DNA from: Parcubacteria group bacterium
GTDB taxonomy: Bacteria; Patescibacteriota; Microgenomatia; UBA1400; PJMF01
NCBI GenBank assembly: GCA_943350175.1
Contig: CALQZX010000001.1
Coordinates: 97,702 to 161,701, forward strand
Direction of reading: 5' to 3'
Length of the DNA: 64,000 nt
Shown: positions 18,226-28,001 of the stretch, piece after piece
Numbering within the stretch: position 1 is the first letter of the stretch
Layout: each line of letters opens with the position of its first letter
Made by a program: the position numbers and the translations under genes
The notes under the pieces: model-generated
The model's database searches: none
Told to the model about the DNA's origin: nothing
The model's input: only the letters and a program-made list of their open reading frames with translations

Positions 18226-19734
18226 ATGTCGAATTTTAGCAAAAAAGTCGCCCTAATTATTCTTGATGGCTGGGCCGTCAATAAAGATTACGCTGGCAAT
18301 GCCATTAGTCAGGCCAAAGCTCCATTTTGGAAACATTTGTGGGCTGATGAGCCTCATGCTTTGCTAGAAGCTTCTGGCGAAGCCGTCGGCTTGCCAGATG
18401 GCCAAATGGGTAACAGCGAAATAAACCACGCTGCTATTGGTTCTGGAAGAGTGATTTATCAGGATTTGGTGCGCTTAAACAAAGCTGCTCGCGAAGGTGA
18501 CTTCGCTCGCAACGAAGTTTTTGTCAAAGCTTTCCAAAAAGCTAAAGAAGAAAATTCGAGTTTGCACGTCATGGGACTTCTCAGTCCTGGTGGCGTGCAT
18601 TCTCATCAAGACCATGTTTTTGCCTTGCTGAGAGCTGCTCATGAATTTGGTTTGAGTAAAGTTTTTGTTCATGCTTTCACTGACGGTCGTGACGTTATGC
18701 CACAAAGTTGCAGCGATAGTTTTGTGCAATTGGCTAAAGTTTGTCAGGAAACCGGCGCTCAATTAGCCACTGTTGGCGGACGTTATTACGCCATGGATCG
18801 TGATCATAATTGGGAGCGTATTGATCTGGCTTATCATGCAATTAAAGATCGCATCGGCCAAGCTTTTACCAGTGCTGATGAGGCGATTCAAGCTTCTTAC
18901 GCTGATAGTAAAAATGATGAATTCATCGTGCCTTGCTTGATCAAGGTAAGCGACGAGCAGGCTGCCAAAGTACAGGACAAAGATGTGATAATCTTTGCCA
19001 ATTTCCGCAATGATCGTCCTCGTCAATTAACAGAACGCTTCTTGGAGCAGGGACCAGAAAACATCACTTTTTTGACAATGACTCTTTACAACACTGATTA
19101 TAAGAAAGCCATTGTGGCCTATGGTCCACAATCTGTAGATCAGACTTTGGGTCAAGTTTTATCAGCTAATGGTATTCATCAATTGAGAGTCACTGAAACT
19201 GAGAAGTTTGCTCATTTAACTTTCTTTATGAATTGCAAACGTGAAGAGCCTTGGGCTATGGAAGATCGTTTCATGTTTGATTCCAATAAGGTGGCGAGCC
19301 ACGATATGATACCAGAGATGCGAGCCCTAGATATTGCTGGCAAAATTGTCGAAGAGATGAGGTCTGGTTTGCACGAGGTAATTTTATCCAACATTTGTAA
19401 TGGTGATATGGTTGGCCATACTGGCAATATTCCAGCTGCCATCGCTGCTGCTGAAGCAGTTAGCAAAGCTTTGGAGATGATTGTCCAGGCTGGTCAAGAA
19501 AATGGCTACATAGTGATCGTTACAGCTGATCATGGCAATTGTGATGAGATGCTGAGTGACAAGGGTGAGGTTTTAACACAACATAGTCTCAATCCAGTAC
19601 CTTTTATTGTGATCAGTGAGCAATACAAAAAACTCAAGAGAGATCAGGGTATTATGGCCGATGTAGCGCCCACAATTTTAACAATGCTCGGCATTGCAAA
19701 ACCACAAGAAATGACTGGCGAGAGTTTGGTCTAA
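18226..19734 (+). CDS. gpmI: 2,3-bisphosphoglycerate-independent phosphoglycerate mutase (copy 2, near eno)
   Basis: ILDGWA, GQMGNSEINH, DGRD, YAMDRD, DMVGHTG, TADHGN. Confidence 0.95.
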   Translation: MSNFSKKVALIILDGWAVNKDYAGNAISQAKAPFWKHLWADEPHALLEASGEAVGLPDGQMGNSEINHAAIGSGRVIYQDLVRLNKAAREGDFARNEVFVKAFQKAKEENSSLHVMGLLSPGGVHSHQDHVFALLRAAHEFGLSKVFVHAFTDGRDVMPQSCSDSFVQLAKVCQETGAQLATVGGRYYAMDRDHNWERIDLAYHAIKDRIGQAFTSADEAIQASYADSKNDEFIVPCLIKVSDEQAAKVQDKDVIIFANFRNDRPRQLTERFLEQGPENITFLTMTLYNTDYKKAIVAYGPQSVDQTLGQVLSANGIHQLRVTETEKFAHLTFFMNCKREEPWAMEDRFMFDSNKVASHDMIPEMRALDIAGKIVEEMRSGLHEVILSNICNGDMVGHTGNIPAAIAAAEAVSKALEMIVQAGQENGYIVIVTADHGNCDEMLSDKGEVLTQHSLNPVPFIVISEQYKKLKRDQGIMADVAPTILTMLGIAKPQEMTGESLV

Positions 19735-19783
19735 ACTTGGTTGATTTGCTAGTTTGCATGTCTGGTGCTAAACTGAAATTATT

Positions 19784-20164
19784 ATGTCAGGATATAGCAT
19801 TCAACTTGAACAAGCCACTTTAGCAAATAATAACTTTAGAAAAGTTCTTTACACTGCTCCTCATTCGCAGTTGGTTTTGATGTGTTTGCAGCCTATGGAA
19901 GAAATTGGCCTGGAAACTCATGCTGAGCACGATCAATTTATTCGTGTCGAAGCTGGTGAGGGTAAAGCCATCATTGGTGGTGAAGAATTCTTTTTGGCTG
20001 ATGGTGTGGCAATAGTTATTCCAGCTGGCAGCGCTCACAATGTGATTAATACTTCAGCCACTGAGTTTATGAAACTCTATACCGTTTACACTCCACCAGA
20101 GCATAAAGACGGCACCATTCATGCTACCAAGGCTGATGCGCTAGAGAATCCAGAGCATTTTTAA
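19784..20164 (+). CDS. Cupin domain protein
   Basis: FRKVLYT, EIGLETH...DQFIRVEAGEG, PAGSAHNVIN. Confidence 0.9.
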   Translation: MSGYSIQLEQATLANNNFRKVLYTAPHSQLVLMCLQPMEEIGLETHAEHDQFIRVEAGEGKAIIGGEEFFLADGVAIVIPAGSAHNVINTSATEFMKLYTVYTPPEHKDGTIHATKADALENPEHF

Positions 20165-20172
20165 ATTAAAAT

Positions 20173-20649
20173 ATGAGTAGTCTTAAAATTTCTTCCAAAG
20201 CTCCTGATTTCAAATTACCAGATCAAACTGGCAAAATTCATCAACTGTCAGACTATCAAGGCAAGTGGCTATTGCTCTATTTTTATCCCAAAGACAATAC
20301 TCCTGGTTGCACTGTTGAGGCTTGTTCTCTCAGAGATAGCTGGGCTGATTTTGGCAAATTAAACGCTAGTGTTTTGGGAATTAGTGCTGATTCGGTAGTG
20401 AGTCATCAGAAATTTGTTGATAAATTTAATTTATCTTTTCCAATTCTGGCCGACGAAGCTAAAGAAATGATCAAAAGTTACGGAGTTTTGGCAGAAAAAA
20501 GCATGTTTGGCAAGACTTTTCTTGGGATTAAACGTAGTTCTTTTTTGATTGATCCTCAGGGTAAAATCGCTAAGATTTATGAAAAAGTTAAGCCAGTTGA
20601 GCATGCTGCACAAGTTTTGCAGGATTTAGCAGGACTAGCTTCCAAATAG
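20173..20649 (+). CDS. bcp: Peroxiredoxin, BCP/PrxQ family
   Basis: YFYPKDNTPGCTVEAC. Confidence 0.93.
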   Translation: MSSLKISSKAPDFKLPDQTGKIHQLSDYQGKWLLLYFYPKDNTPGCTVEACSLRDSWADFGKLNASVLGISADSVVSHQKFVDKFNLSFPILADEAKEMIKSYGVLAEKSMFGKTFLGIKRSSFLIDPQGKIAKIYEKVKPVEHAAQVLQDLAGLASK

Positions 20650-20652
20650 GGA

Positions 20653-21249
20653 TTATTTAATTGGACAAGTATCAGCTTGCCACAGGCCTTTTCCTTTACT
20701 TCTCGCCTCTTCTTCTGCAGCTTTGAATTTTTCCTGATATTTTATATCTGGTGGATATTTGGAAGATACGGCGTAGCCCTCTGTTACGAGCTGCTCGTTG
20801 ACGGAAATATCGCTTGATTCCAGATAAATATAACGCAGCAGTCGGCCATATTTATCCACCTCCGAAACATCTTTCTCTAGATAAATTTCTTGGCCTTGTA
20901 CTAATTCTTTGTTTTTAGCTGAGGCTTCTTTGCCAAAACATTGCTCACTGCGACGTGGATCAACAGTTTCTGGAGTGTCGATGCCGATGTAACGAACTTT
21001 CTTAGCTACTTTCTCAGCATCTTCTATTTCAATGGTGTCGCCGTCGATAACGCGCAAGACTTTGACTTTTTGTAAATTGCTTTTGGAAATAGTGGCGGAA
21101 GTAGTCGCATCAAGAACTTCATTTTGAGCTTGCTCTATTTGCACTTCCTTCGGTTCTTCTTGACCGACATCCTTGGGTACAAAAATTGTCCAGATGAGTA
21201 CTATTACCAGGCTAATAAGCAGGCGCTGATTCTTTTTACTGAGGATCAT
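20653..21249 (-). CDS. Membrane-anchored thermonuclease (SNase family)
   Basis: VIDGDT, RYIGIDTPE, DKYGRLLRY, KGLW. Confidence 0.92.
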   Translation of the reverse strand: MILSKKNQRLLISLVIVLIWTIFVPKDVGQEEPKEVQIEQAQNEVLDATTSATISKSNLQKVKVLRVIDGDTIEIEDAEKVAKKVRYIGIDTPETVDPRRSEQCFGKEASAKNKELVQGQEIYLEKDVSEVDKYGRLLRYIYLESSDISVNEQLVTEGYAVSSKYPPDIKYQEKFKAAEEEARSKGKGLWQADTCPIK

Positions 21250-21257
21250 GATGATTC

Positions 21258-21267
21258 ATTATATAAT
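21258..21267. promoter_or_regulatory. Symmetric bidirectional -10 element ATTATATAAT
   Basis: TATAAT on both strands, 7 and 8 nt before the divergent ATGs at 21275 and 21249. Confidence 0.65.
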
Positions 21268-21274
21268 GTAGACA

Positions 21275-21997
21275 ATGCACTTGTTGAAACGAATCTGGCC
21301 ACTATTTTTACTGACTGTTTTTTTGGCTACTTTTGCTTTCTTTTTCAATTCCATCAATGAAAAAAACCTAATTGCGCAGAGAATTACGAAAATTTTTAGT
21401 GCTGCTGTTTCCAAAAGAAAAGTTGAAGTGATCACTCCAGTTCAGATTATAACTCTCGCTCCTACTGTAGTTGTTACTCTCACTCCTACGCCAACTCCAA
21501 CCAAAATTCCTACCCCAGTTGACCCTTATAGAAATGATCCAGATCTCAAGGATGCAGAATGGGGCAAAGCAGTTCAAGTGAGTGAAACTGGTTATCGAAT
21601 GAAGATCGGCTATGACTCGGTGATGGCTACTCCAGACGAAACTTTTAAGGCCTTGAATCTTTACCGTTATACCAAAGGCAAATCAAACTTAACTTGGGAT
21701 GATCGCCTGGCTAAATATGCCTTAGAGCGGGCCACCTTTGTCTGTAAAAACGGCTCGGATGGTCATGCTGGGTTTAGTGATTATGTTGAGAAACAAGAGG
21801 GCTATAAAACACTAGGCTTTTATAGTCTTGGTGAAAATATGAGCACACACATGAAGTTTACTGGCACTCACTTGATTGAATGGATGTATGCGGGTGATGA
21901 GGCACACGATGGCAATCAGCTTGGTGATTGGAGTCATGTGGGTGTGGGAATTTTTGAGGACTGCTCTTCGCTTATCTTTGGCAATAATATGATTTAG
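21275..21997 (+). CDS. CAP (SCP) domain protein, membrane-anchored
   Basis: TM segment, TP linker, LNLYR, H-GF, GEN, W..DEAH, SHVGVG. Confidence 0.8.
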   Translation: MHLLKRIWPLFLLTVFLATFAFFFNSINEKNLIAQRITKIFSAAVSKRKVEVITPVQIITLAPTVVVTLTPTPTPTKIPTPVDPYRNDPDLKDAEWGKAVQVSETGYRMKIGYDSVMATPDETFKALNLYRYTKGKSNLTWDDRLAKYALERATFVCKNGSDGHAGFSDYVEKQEGYKTLGFYSLGENMSTHMKFTGTHLIEWMYAGDEAHDGNQLGDWSHVGVGIFEDCSSLIFGNNMI

Positions 21998-22011
21998 GAA
22001 TTTTAATTGAG

Positions 22012-22587
22012 CTAGAGGTCTTTGACGTCTAAGTAGCCAATTTCGACATTCTGTGCGAATTCTCTGTCTGAAATGCTGTCGCCGATCATTAGATATTGGC
22101 TCTTATCGATTTTATCTGAGGCAATTAATTTAAAAGGAGCTGGACTTGGTTTAACATTTTCTACGTCATCGAGAGTGATAATTTTATCGAAATGATCAGC
22201 AATCTGTAGTTCTTTTAAGATGGGTGAAACAACTTCTCTAGAGTTGGAAGTGAGTAAATATAAGTTTTTGCCTTGTTGATAAAAAGTTTGTAGCAAGTTG
22301 AAGGTTGTCTCGATTAATTGGTATCCTTGATAGTTTTCTTTTTCCATTTTTAATTCAAACTGAATATAATCATCGCGAAAAGCTTTTCCATATTTGTTGA
22401 TAAATTGATGAATAGCGTACATGTGAAAATCAGTATTTTCATCAAAATTTGGTTCGAATCTCTTTATTATAGACATGACGCCAGGATACCAAGATGACCA
22501 GTCCATGATAATGGTGGCCAGGGTTTGATCAAAGTCAAAGATGACATTTTTATACGGCTTAAAGTCCATAAACATATATGCTACCAT
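22012..22587 (-). CDS. HAD-superfamily hydrolase (subfamily IA)
   Basis: IFDFDQTL, LTSN, KPSP, IGDSISD. Confidence 0.9.
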   Translation of the reverse strand: MVAYMFMDFKPYKNVIFDFDQTLATIIMDWSSWYPGVMSIIKRFEPNFDENTDFHMYAIHQFINKYGKAFRDDYIQFELKMEKENYQGYQLIETTFNLLQTFYQQGKNLYLLTSNSREVVSPILKELQIADHFDKIITLDDVENVKPSPAPFKLIASDKIDKSQYLMIGDSISDREFAQNVEIGYLDVKDL

Positions 22588-22606
22588 GAATTAAAAGGTC
22601 GTGATT

Positions 22607-23422
22607 ATGAAAAAATCCATGGACATTCTCATTTGGGCATTTTTACTTTTTCTAATTACTCCTAGCGGTATGGCTTTGGCCTCATGGAATGCCGTCCCAG
22701 GAGATAGCACTTATGCTTGGAAGTTGTCTCTGGAGAGAGTTTTGCTCGCAGTACTTAGTCCTTCAGATAAACTTCAATCTAGTACTCAGGTCAAGCTTGC
22801 CGAAAGACGCTTTGGAGAAATGGAACAGGTTCTTGATAGTCAGTATGCTGTGGAAGGTTTGGATAATCTAAATAAGCAATTAGCTGCGACTTCTACTAAT
22901 ATTCAAAAAATTAACAAAGAAACCTCTCGTAGCGAGGTGACAGATCAATATATTGTTTCACTAAAGAAAATGTCTGCTTCCCTCGATGAGCAAAAGACTA
23001 AGGCTAAAACTGGAGAAATCGCTATTGTGGCACAGAAAAACAATGTGAATAAATCAGCTGACGAGCCAACGGCTAAGCCGACTACCAAACCTGTTGTTAA
23101 TAATCCTGTTGTTACAGTCACTCCTGTGATTCCAGGTACTCCAACCACTCAAGTGAGTGCTGCTCCATCGCCAGCTAGTGAACAGCAGGAAGATACGGCA
23201 GAAGTGATTGATGCTATTGAGGAAACTCAAGATGCAATTAACGATGCCATTGAGATATTAGAGCAAAACCAACAAAACAATCCAATTCAGGAAATGAAAG
23301 GCGAATTGAAAAAAAATAAAGGTGGAGATGATAATGAAGATAATAAAAAGGATTCAAATAAAGAATTGCTAGAGAAACTGGAAGAAAATAAAGGTAAAGG
23401 GAAAAATGATAGAGAAGATTAA
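22607..23422 (+). CDS. DUF5667-like membrane-anchored protein
   Basis: AVPGDSTYAWKLSLE...AERRFGE motif; low-complexity C-terminus. Confidence 0.75.
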   Translation: MKKSMDILIWAFLLFLITPSGMALASWNAVPGDSTYAWKLSLERVLLAVLSPSDKLQSSTQVKLAERRFGEMEQVLDSQYAVEGLDNLNKQLAATSTNIQKINKETSRSEVTDQYIVSLKKMSASLDEQKTKAKTGEIAIVAQKNNVNKSADEPTAKPTTKPVVNNPVVTVTPVIPGTPTTQVSAAPSPASEQQEDTAEVIDAIEETQDAINDAIEILEQNQQNNPIQEMKGELKKNKGGDDNEDNKKDSNKELLEKLEENKGKGKNDRED

Positions 23423-23551
23423 GTAACGACACAATTTTATTATTTGGTTTAATGTTTATTTTCTAAAATAGATTTATAATTTCATTGCTGTGTTTTTTTG
23501 ATACAATTATTATGCCTTATAAGTTTTGGTAGCAATGAAAGGTGGTTTATT

Positions 23552-24109
23552 ATGGTAGAAAAAATTTTAGAAATTCAAAGTGAAGATCATTTGGAGAGTA
23601 TGCTGAGAACGAATGGAGTGCCGCTGGACGAATGGGACTCTTTTAAGGGAATATCTGACTTGTGGAAAGAGATAAAGTCTGGTGAAACACAGATGGTCCA
23701 AGAAGGAAAAGAGGTTGTTCGCCAAGTTGGAGTGGTAAGAATTCATGTATTTTATGAAAAAGGAAGAGTGAAGCTTAAGCTTATAGAAGAAAAGCAAGTA
23801 AGAAATGATGGAGAAGAAAGAGTTAGGGGTTTCGATTATGTTGCAGAAAAACAAAAAAAAGGTGAAGATCCAAATCGAGCTGGTGCAAGAGGTGTTCAGG
23901 AAGAACTAGGAATTTTTGTCAATCCAAGATCTTTGTCTAGTTTGGGCGCTAAAACTGAGGAGAGAGATAGTCCAAGTTATCCAGGGCTGAAATCTAGATA
24001 TAAAACGTATAACTTTGAGTTGCATCTGGAAGATTCTCAGTTTAATCCGGATGGCTACGTTGAAGAAGATGAAAAGAAAAGAACTTTTTTCAAATGGATT
24101 CCGGCATAA
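23552..24109 (+). CDS. Nudix-fold-like hypothetical protein
   Basis: GEDPNRAGARGVQEELGI Nudix-box-like segment, SPSYPGL; SD-like AAAGGTGGT before ATG 23552. Confidence 0.6.
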   Translation: MVEKILEIQSEDHLESMLRTNGVPLDEWDSFKGISDLWKEIKSGETQMVQEGKEVVRQVGVVRIHVFYEKGRVKLKLIEEKQVRNDGEERVRGFDYVAEKQKKGEDPNRAGARGVQEELGIFVNPRSLSSLGAKTEERDSPSYPGLKSRYKTYNFELHLEDSQFNPDGYVEEDEKKRTFFKWIPA

Positions 24110-24127
24110 AGGAATTTAAGGCTTATT

Positions 24128-24305
24128 CATGGGGAATATGAGCTTGCTCGCTTCACAAGAATAACTTTCACTAATCGTTACAGTTATTTTTCTTGTTCTC
24201 GCTGTGCTTCCTCATATAATTGAACATAATGCTCCTCGCTTGCGCTCGCGTGCATTATTAGCTCAATTATCTGGACCTAAAATGATAGATTCTCTCATTG
24301 AGATC
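24128..24305 (-). repeat. tRNA-Glu-derived module (same architecture as 1967-2095)
   Basis: CATGGGGAAT at 24128 equals 24359-24368; shared hairpin 24225-24267. Confidence 0.7.
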
Positions 24306-24308
24306 TTA

Positions 24309-24350
24309 AAACATAAAAAAAGACGCTTGTTAGCGTCTCTTTTTATGTTT
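24309..24350 (-). terminator. Terminator after tRNA-Glu
   Basis: AGACGCT/AGCGTCT stem with a T-run and extended AAACATAAAAA arms. Confidence 0.8.
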
Positions 24351-24352
24351 TG

Positions 24353-24424
24353 TGACCCCATGGGGAATCGGACCCCAGTTATCTGGATGAAAACCAGATG
24401 TCCTAACCACTAGACGATGGGGCC
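24353..24424 (-). tRNA. tRNA-Glu(TTC), T-loop TCCGATT
   Basis: TCTGG-TTTTCAT-CCAGA anticodon arm; GGCCCCA/TGGGGTC acceptor. Confidence 0.93.
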
Positions 24425-24450
24425 GTCTAGATTTGTAACAAATCTTTATT

Positions 24451-24810
24451 TTAAAGCCAGGTGACATTTTCGAAATGCTCTACTCTAGGCTTAGTCAAAT
24501 TACCAACGACTGATATGATATCAAATCTATGGCTTTTTTTAAACTGCTTTTTTCTTAAGTAGCTGTTGGCTACTCTAATCATGTTTTTTAATTTTTTTTG
24601 ATCGACTGCTTGGCTAGCGTCGCCGAAATCATCTTTGGCCAAGTATTTGACTTCGATGAAAACTATTTCATCAAATTGTCTGTCTAGTGCGATGATGTCT
24701 ATTTCGCAATTTCCAAGTCGCAAGTTCTTTTCCAAAAGCACATAACCCTTATTTTCAAGAAAGGCTAAGGCAAGTTCTTCGGCTTTAATTCCTTTGGAAA
24801 AATTAGGCAG
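24451..24810 (-). CDS. YraN (UPF0102) family nuclease; probable CTG start overlapping the rplS stop
   Basis: [28 protein letters not shown]; no ATG/GTG near the expected start. Confidence 0.85.
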   Translation of the reverse strand: MPNFSKGIKAEELALAFLENKGYVLLEKNLRLGNCEIDIIALDRQFDEIVFIEVKYLAKDDFGDASQAVDQKKLKNMIRVANSYLRKKQFKKSHRFDIISVVGNLTKPRVEHFENVTWL

Positions 24811-25156
24811 TCTTTTTTGCTTGAGCGAAAAGACTTTTTTCTTTAACTCTACTGGCGGCTTTACCGACTTTGTCACGTAAGTAATATAACTTACTACGTT
24901 TAACTTCACCACGGCGTTTGACTTCGATTTTTTTGATGCTAGGCATCATCAAAGGGAAGATCTTCTCAACACCAACACTGCCAGAGGCAATTTTGCGAAC
25001 GGTAAAGGTTTTGTTGACTTCACGATTTTTGATAGCAATCACTAGACCTTCAAAAACTTGAACTCTAGTTTTTTTGCCTTCACTAATTTCTTGGTGAACA
25101 CGCACGGTGTCGCCAACATTAATTTCTAGATCGTTGTAAGTAAAATTCTGTGCCAT
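24803..25156 (-). CDS. rplS: 50S ribosomal protein L19
   Basis: GDTVRVH, RVQVFEG, TFTVRK, GVEKIFP, KLYYLR. Confidence 0.97.
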   Translation of the reverse strand: MAQNFTYNDLEINVGDTVRVHQEISEGKKTRVQVFEGLVIAIKNREVNKTFTVRKIASGSVGVEKIFPLMMPSIKKIEVKRRGEVKRSKLYYLRDKVGKAASRVKEKSLFAQAKKTA

Positions 25157-25215
25157 AACAAGCGAGTATTGTACCAAAGGAAATCACAAAAGTACAAGGT
25201 CAAAAACCAAATATC

Positions 25216-26934
25216 TTAATTTTTGCCTTTTTTGGCTTTCTCTTCCCAAATAGCGCGTAAATATTCAATAAAGATTGGATGTGGCTTGAGCGGAGCAGAT
25301 TTGTATTCTGGATGAGCTTGAGTTGCCAAGAAGAAAGGATGCATTTTTCTTGGTAATTCAATCATTTCTACAAAGAAGTCATCTGGACTGGTGCCGGAAA
25401 TAACAAAGCCTTTATCTTCCAAAGCTCTTCTGTATTCATTATTAAATTCAAAGCGATGGCGATGTCTTTCAGAAATGAGATTTTGTTTTTCATCTTTGAA
25501 AGTGCTGTGTTTTTTATAAATCTCGTGAGCCAAGGTACCTGGTTTCAAAATACAGTCATAAGCACCAAGTCTCATGCTGGCACCATCACCTTTGATTTTT
25601 TGGTATTTTGCTTCAAATGGAATCGAATGAATGATCTGGTATTTGGCTTTAGGATCGACTTCTTCGGTATTGGAATCTTTAAGTCCAGCTACGTTACGAG
25701 CAAATTCTATGGAAGCCAATTGCATACCATAACAAAGTCCTAGATAAGGAATTTTATTTTCACGAGCATAGCGAACAGCGTCAATTTTACCTTCGACTCC
25801 TCTACCACCCCAGCCGATTGGCACGATGATGCCGTCTACTGCTTTTAGATCTTCTAAAGCTTTTTTCTCTTTTTTCTCTAAACTCTCAGCATTGATAAAG
25901 ACGATTTCGACCTCAATTTTTTCATGCCATGAAGAGTGATTGATAGACTCTAGGAGCGAAGTGTAGGAGTCTTTGAGCTCGTAATCACCAGTGGCAATGT
26001 ATTTGGCAACGATGCCGATTTTGACCTTATTCTCCTTCTTAGCGTAGATGTTTGCGACCATGGCTCGCCAGTCTGTTAGGGCAATCTTCTTGGATTTGAG
26101 GCCAAGCTTTTTGAGCACTTTTTGACTGAAGTTTTGACGATCAAAAATAAGTGGAATTTCGTAGATGGATTTGCAGTCAGGATTAGAAATAATATCTTCC
26201 TGATTCATGGTACAAAAGTAAGCGACTTTTTCTTTACGCTTGTCATCAATTTCTAATTCACCACGCCCGACAATGAAATCTGGTTGAATGCCCATGGAAT
26301 TCAAAGCTTTGACAGAAAGTTGGGTTGGCTTGGATTTGAGTTCATTAATGTGAGAAGGAGCTGGGAAATAAGTGACGTGCAATAAAATGACATCTTTTGG
26401 CAAAGTCATTTTCATGATGCGATAGGCTTCGTAATAAACGATGTTTTGGTATTCCCCGGCTGTGCCACCGAGCTCGATCAAAACAACGTCATAATCCATA
26501 GAAGCTTCGCGAATACGACGAATCACTTCTTCTGGTACATAAGGAATAGCGTCAACAGTGGCGCCACCGTATTCGAGATTTTTGGTACGTTCAATGACGG
26601 TGCTGTAAATCTGACCCATGGTAGTGAAATTTTTGAAGCCTACTTCTCTACCTAAGAATCTCTCGTAAGAGCCAAGATCTAAATCAGCTTCCAAGCCGTC
26701 TTCACAAAGAAAGACGTCGCCGTGTTCAACGGGATTGATGTTTCCAGAATCAAGATTTAGGTAATTTTCACACTTAATATTGGTGACGTTGTAACCTTGC
26801 TCTTTGAGCAGCACACCCAAAGATGCGGCTGTAACGCCCTTTCCAAGTCCTGAAAGTACACCACCAGAAACGAAAATGTACTTCGTTGAGCTTTTACCTT
26901 TTGTTTGTTTGAGGAATCCGCGTATGTCTATCAT
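25216..26934 (-). CDS. pyrG: CTP synthase
   Basis: KYIFVSGGVLSGLGKG, EHGDVF, KSKPTQ, GLCYGMQ, ERHRHRFE, QAHPEY. Confidence 0.97.
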   Translation of the reverse strand: MIDIRGFLKQTKGKSSTKYIFVSGGVLSGLGKGVTAASLGVLLKEQGYNVTNIKCENYLNLDSGNINPVEHGDVFLCEDGLEADLDLGSYERFLGREVGFKNFTTMGQIYSTVIERTKNLEYGGATVDAIPYVPEEVIRRIREASMDYDVVLIELGGTAGEYQNIVYYEAYRIMKMTLPKDVILLHVTYFPAPSHINELKSKPTQLSVKALNSMGIQPDFIVGRGELEIDDKRKEKVAYFCTMNQEDIISNPDCKSIYEIPLIFDRQNFSQKVLKKLGLKSKKIALTDWRAMVANIYAKKENKVKIGIVAKYIATGDYELKDSYTSLLESINHSSWHEKIEVEIVFINAESLEKKEKKALEDLKAVDGIIVPIGWGGRGVEGKIDAVRYARENKIPYLGLCYGMQLASIEFARNVAGLKDSNTEEVDPKAKYQIIHSIPFEAKYQKIKGDGASMRLGAYDCILKPGTLAHEIYKKHSTFKDEKQNLISERHRHRFEFNNEYRRALEDKGFVISGTSPDDFFVEMIELPRKMHPFFLATQAHPEYKSAPLKPHPIFIEYLRAIWEEKAKKGKN

Positions 26935-27015
26935 TACGGGATTTTATTCTAAGCGGGAGCTTCGGTTTTGGGTAGGGGGAGTTTTTTCTTATTTAAAACA
27001 AGCATTAATAGTGTC

Positions 27016-27321
27016 TTATTTTTTTCGACGCTTTGCAATTTCTGTTCGTATGTTATTTGCTGTGTATTCATATCCCAATTCTCTACCTTGCTCTATTAAT
27101 GCCTCAACTTCTTCCAATGATGTGGGTACACCTGCATCTTCTGTTGATGCAAATGAAGACAATAGAACAGAAAATCTATTTGCGTCTTCGGGGTTTTTTA
27201 CAATACGTTGAAGCACCCCTTCTTCATCTCTGAATTCAGCGGATCCGTATTTAATTTTAGAAAAATACTCTACGGCTTCTCTTCTGTTTTTAAAAAGTTT
27301 CTCTGTCATGTGAAAAGTCAT
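27016..27321 (-). CDS. Hypothetical protein
   Basis: 101-aa ORF with protein-like composition, same strand as pyrG. Confidence 0.5.
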   Translation of the reverse strand: MTFHMTEKLFKNRREAVEYFSKIKYGSAEFRDEEGVLQRIVKNPEDANRFSVLLSSFASTEDAGVPTSLEEVEALIEQGRELGYEYTANNIRTEIAKRRKK

Positions 27322-27372
27322 TTTACTACATTGTTTTGTTGTAGTAAAAGCATGGTGCTAAAATAAATTCAT

Positions 27373-27930
27373 ATGCTCAAAAAAATCTATACCAAAACTG
27401 GTGATCAGGGTAAAACAGCTCTCATCAGTGGTGAGCGTTTGCCAAAAAACAGTCTGGTTTTTGAAGTTCTTGGTACTTTGGATGAGTTTAATGCAAGCTT
27501 GGGTTTGGTTGTGTTGAAGTTCGGAAATTTGTTGAACGATAAAGTATCTTTACGCGAAAAAGCTTTATTAATAGACCTACAAAACGAACTATTTAAGCTT
27601 GGCGCAGAAATTGCTGCTTCTCCCAGAGTCAAGCTTGATGATAATTTTGTAAAAAAACTAGAAAAAGAAATTGACTTTTTACAAAACGATCTTGGAGAGA
27701 ATTGGCGCTACAAATTTGTTTTGCCAGGAGGCTCAGAAATAAGTGCTTTTCTAGATCTCTCCCGCACGATTTGTCGCCGTTTGGAGCGCCGCTTCGTCAC
27801 ACTTGATAACGAGAGAGACGTTCGCGAAGTAGTTCTGCAATTCGTCAACAGAATTTCTGATTATCTCTACACTCTACGAACTTGGGTCAATAAAGAGTTG
27901 AAGACGGAAGAAATTGAATTCAAGCTTTAG
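27373..27930 (+). CDS. PduO-type ATP:cob(I)alamin adenosyltransferase
   Basis: KIYTKTGDQG, GTLDE, FVLPGG, RTICRRLER, NRISDYLY. Confidence 0.92.
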   Translation: MLKKIYTKTGDQGKTALISGERLPKNSLVFEVLGTLDEFNASLGLVVLKFGNLLNDKVSLREKALLIDLQNELFKLGAEIAASPRVKLDDNFVKKLEKEIDFLQNDLGENWRYKFVLPGGSEISAFLDLSRTICRRLERRFVTLDNERDVREVVLQFVNRISDYLYTLRTWVNKELKTEEIEFKL

Positions 27931-27959
27931 TCTATCGCTCAAAAGCACAATACAAATAT

Positions 27960-27995
27960 TCTTATTATACTTTAAGCTTGTAAAGTATAATAAGA
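27960..27995. promoter_or_regulatory. 15-bp perfect inverted repeat over the -10 of the Fic gene (probable operator)
   Basis: TCTTATTATACTTTA-agcttg-TAAAGTATAATAAGA. Confidence 0.65.
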
Positions 27996-28001
27996 TATGT
28001 T

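Noticed and set aside
21430-21525. ACTCC-type short repeats (also 23060-23170)
   Set aside because: They encode ordinary Thr/Pro linkers of surface proteins.
24811-24820. -1 frameshift at A-AAA-AAG fusing rplS to yraN
   Set aside because: yraN is in the +1 frame; the -1 frame reaches a stop within a few codons.
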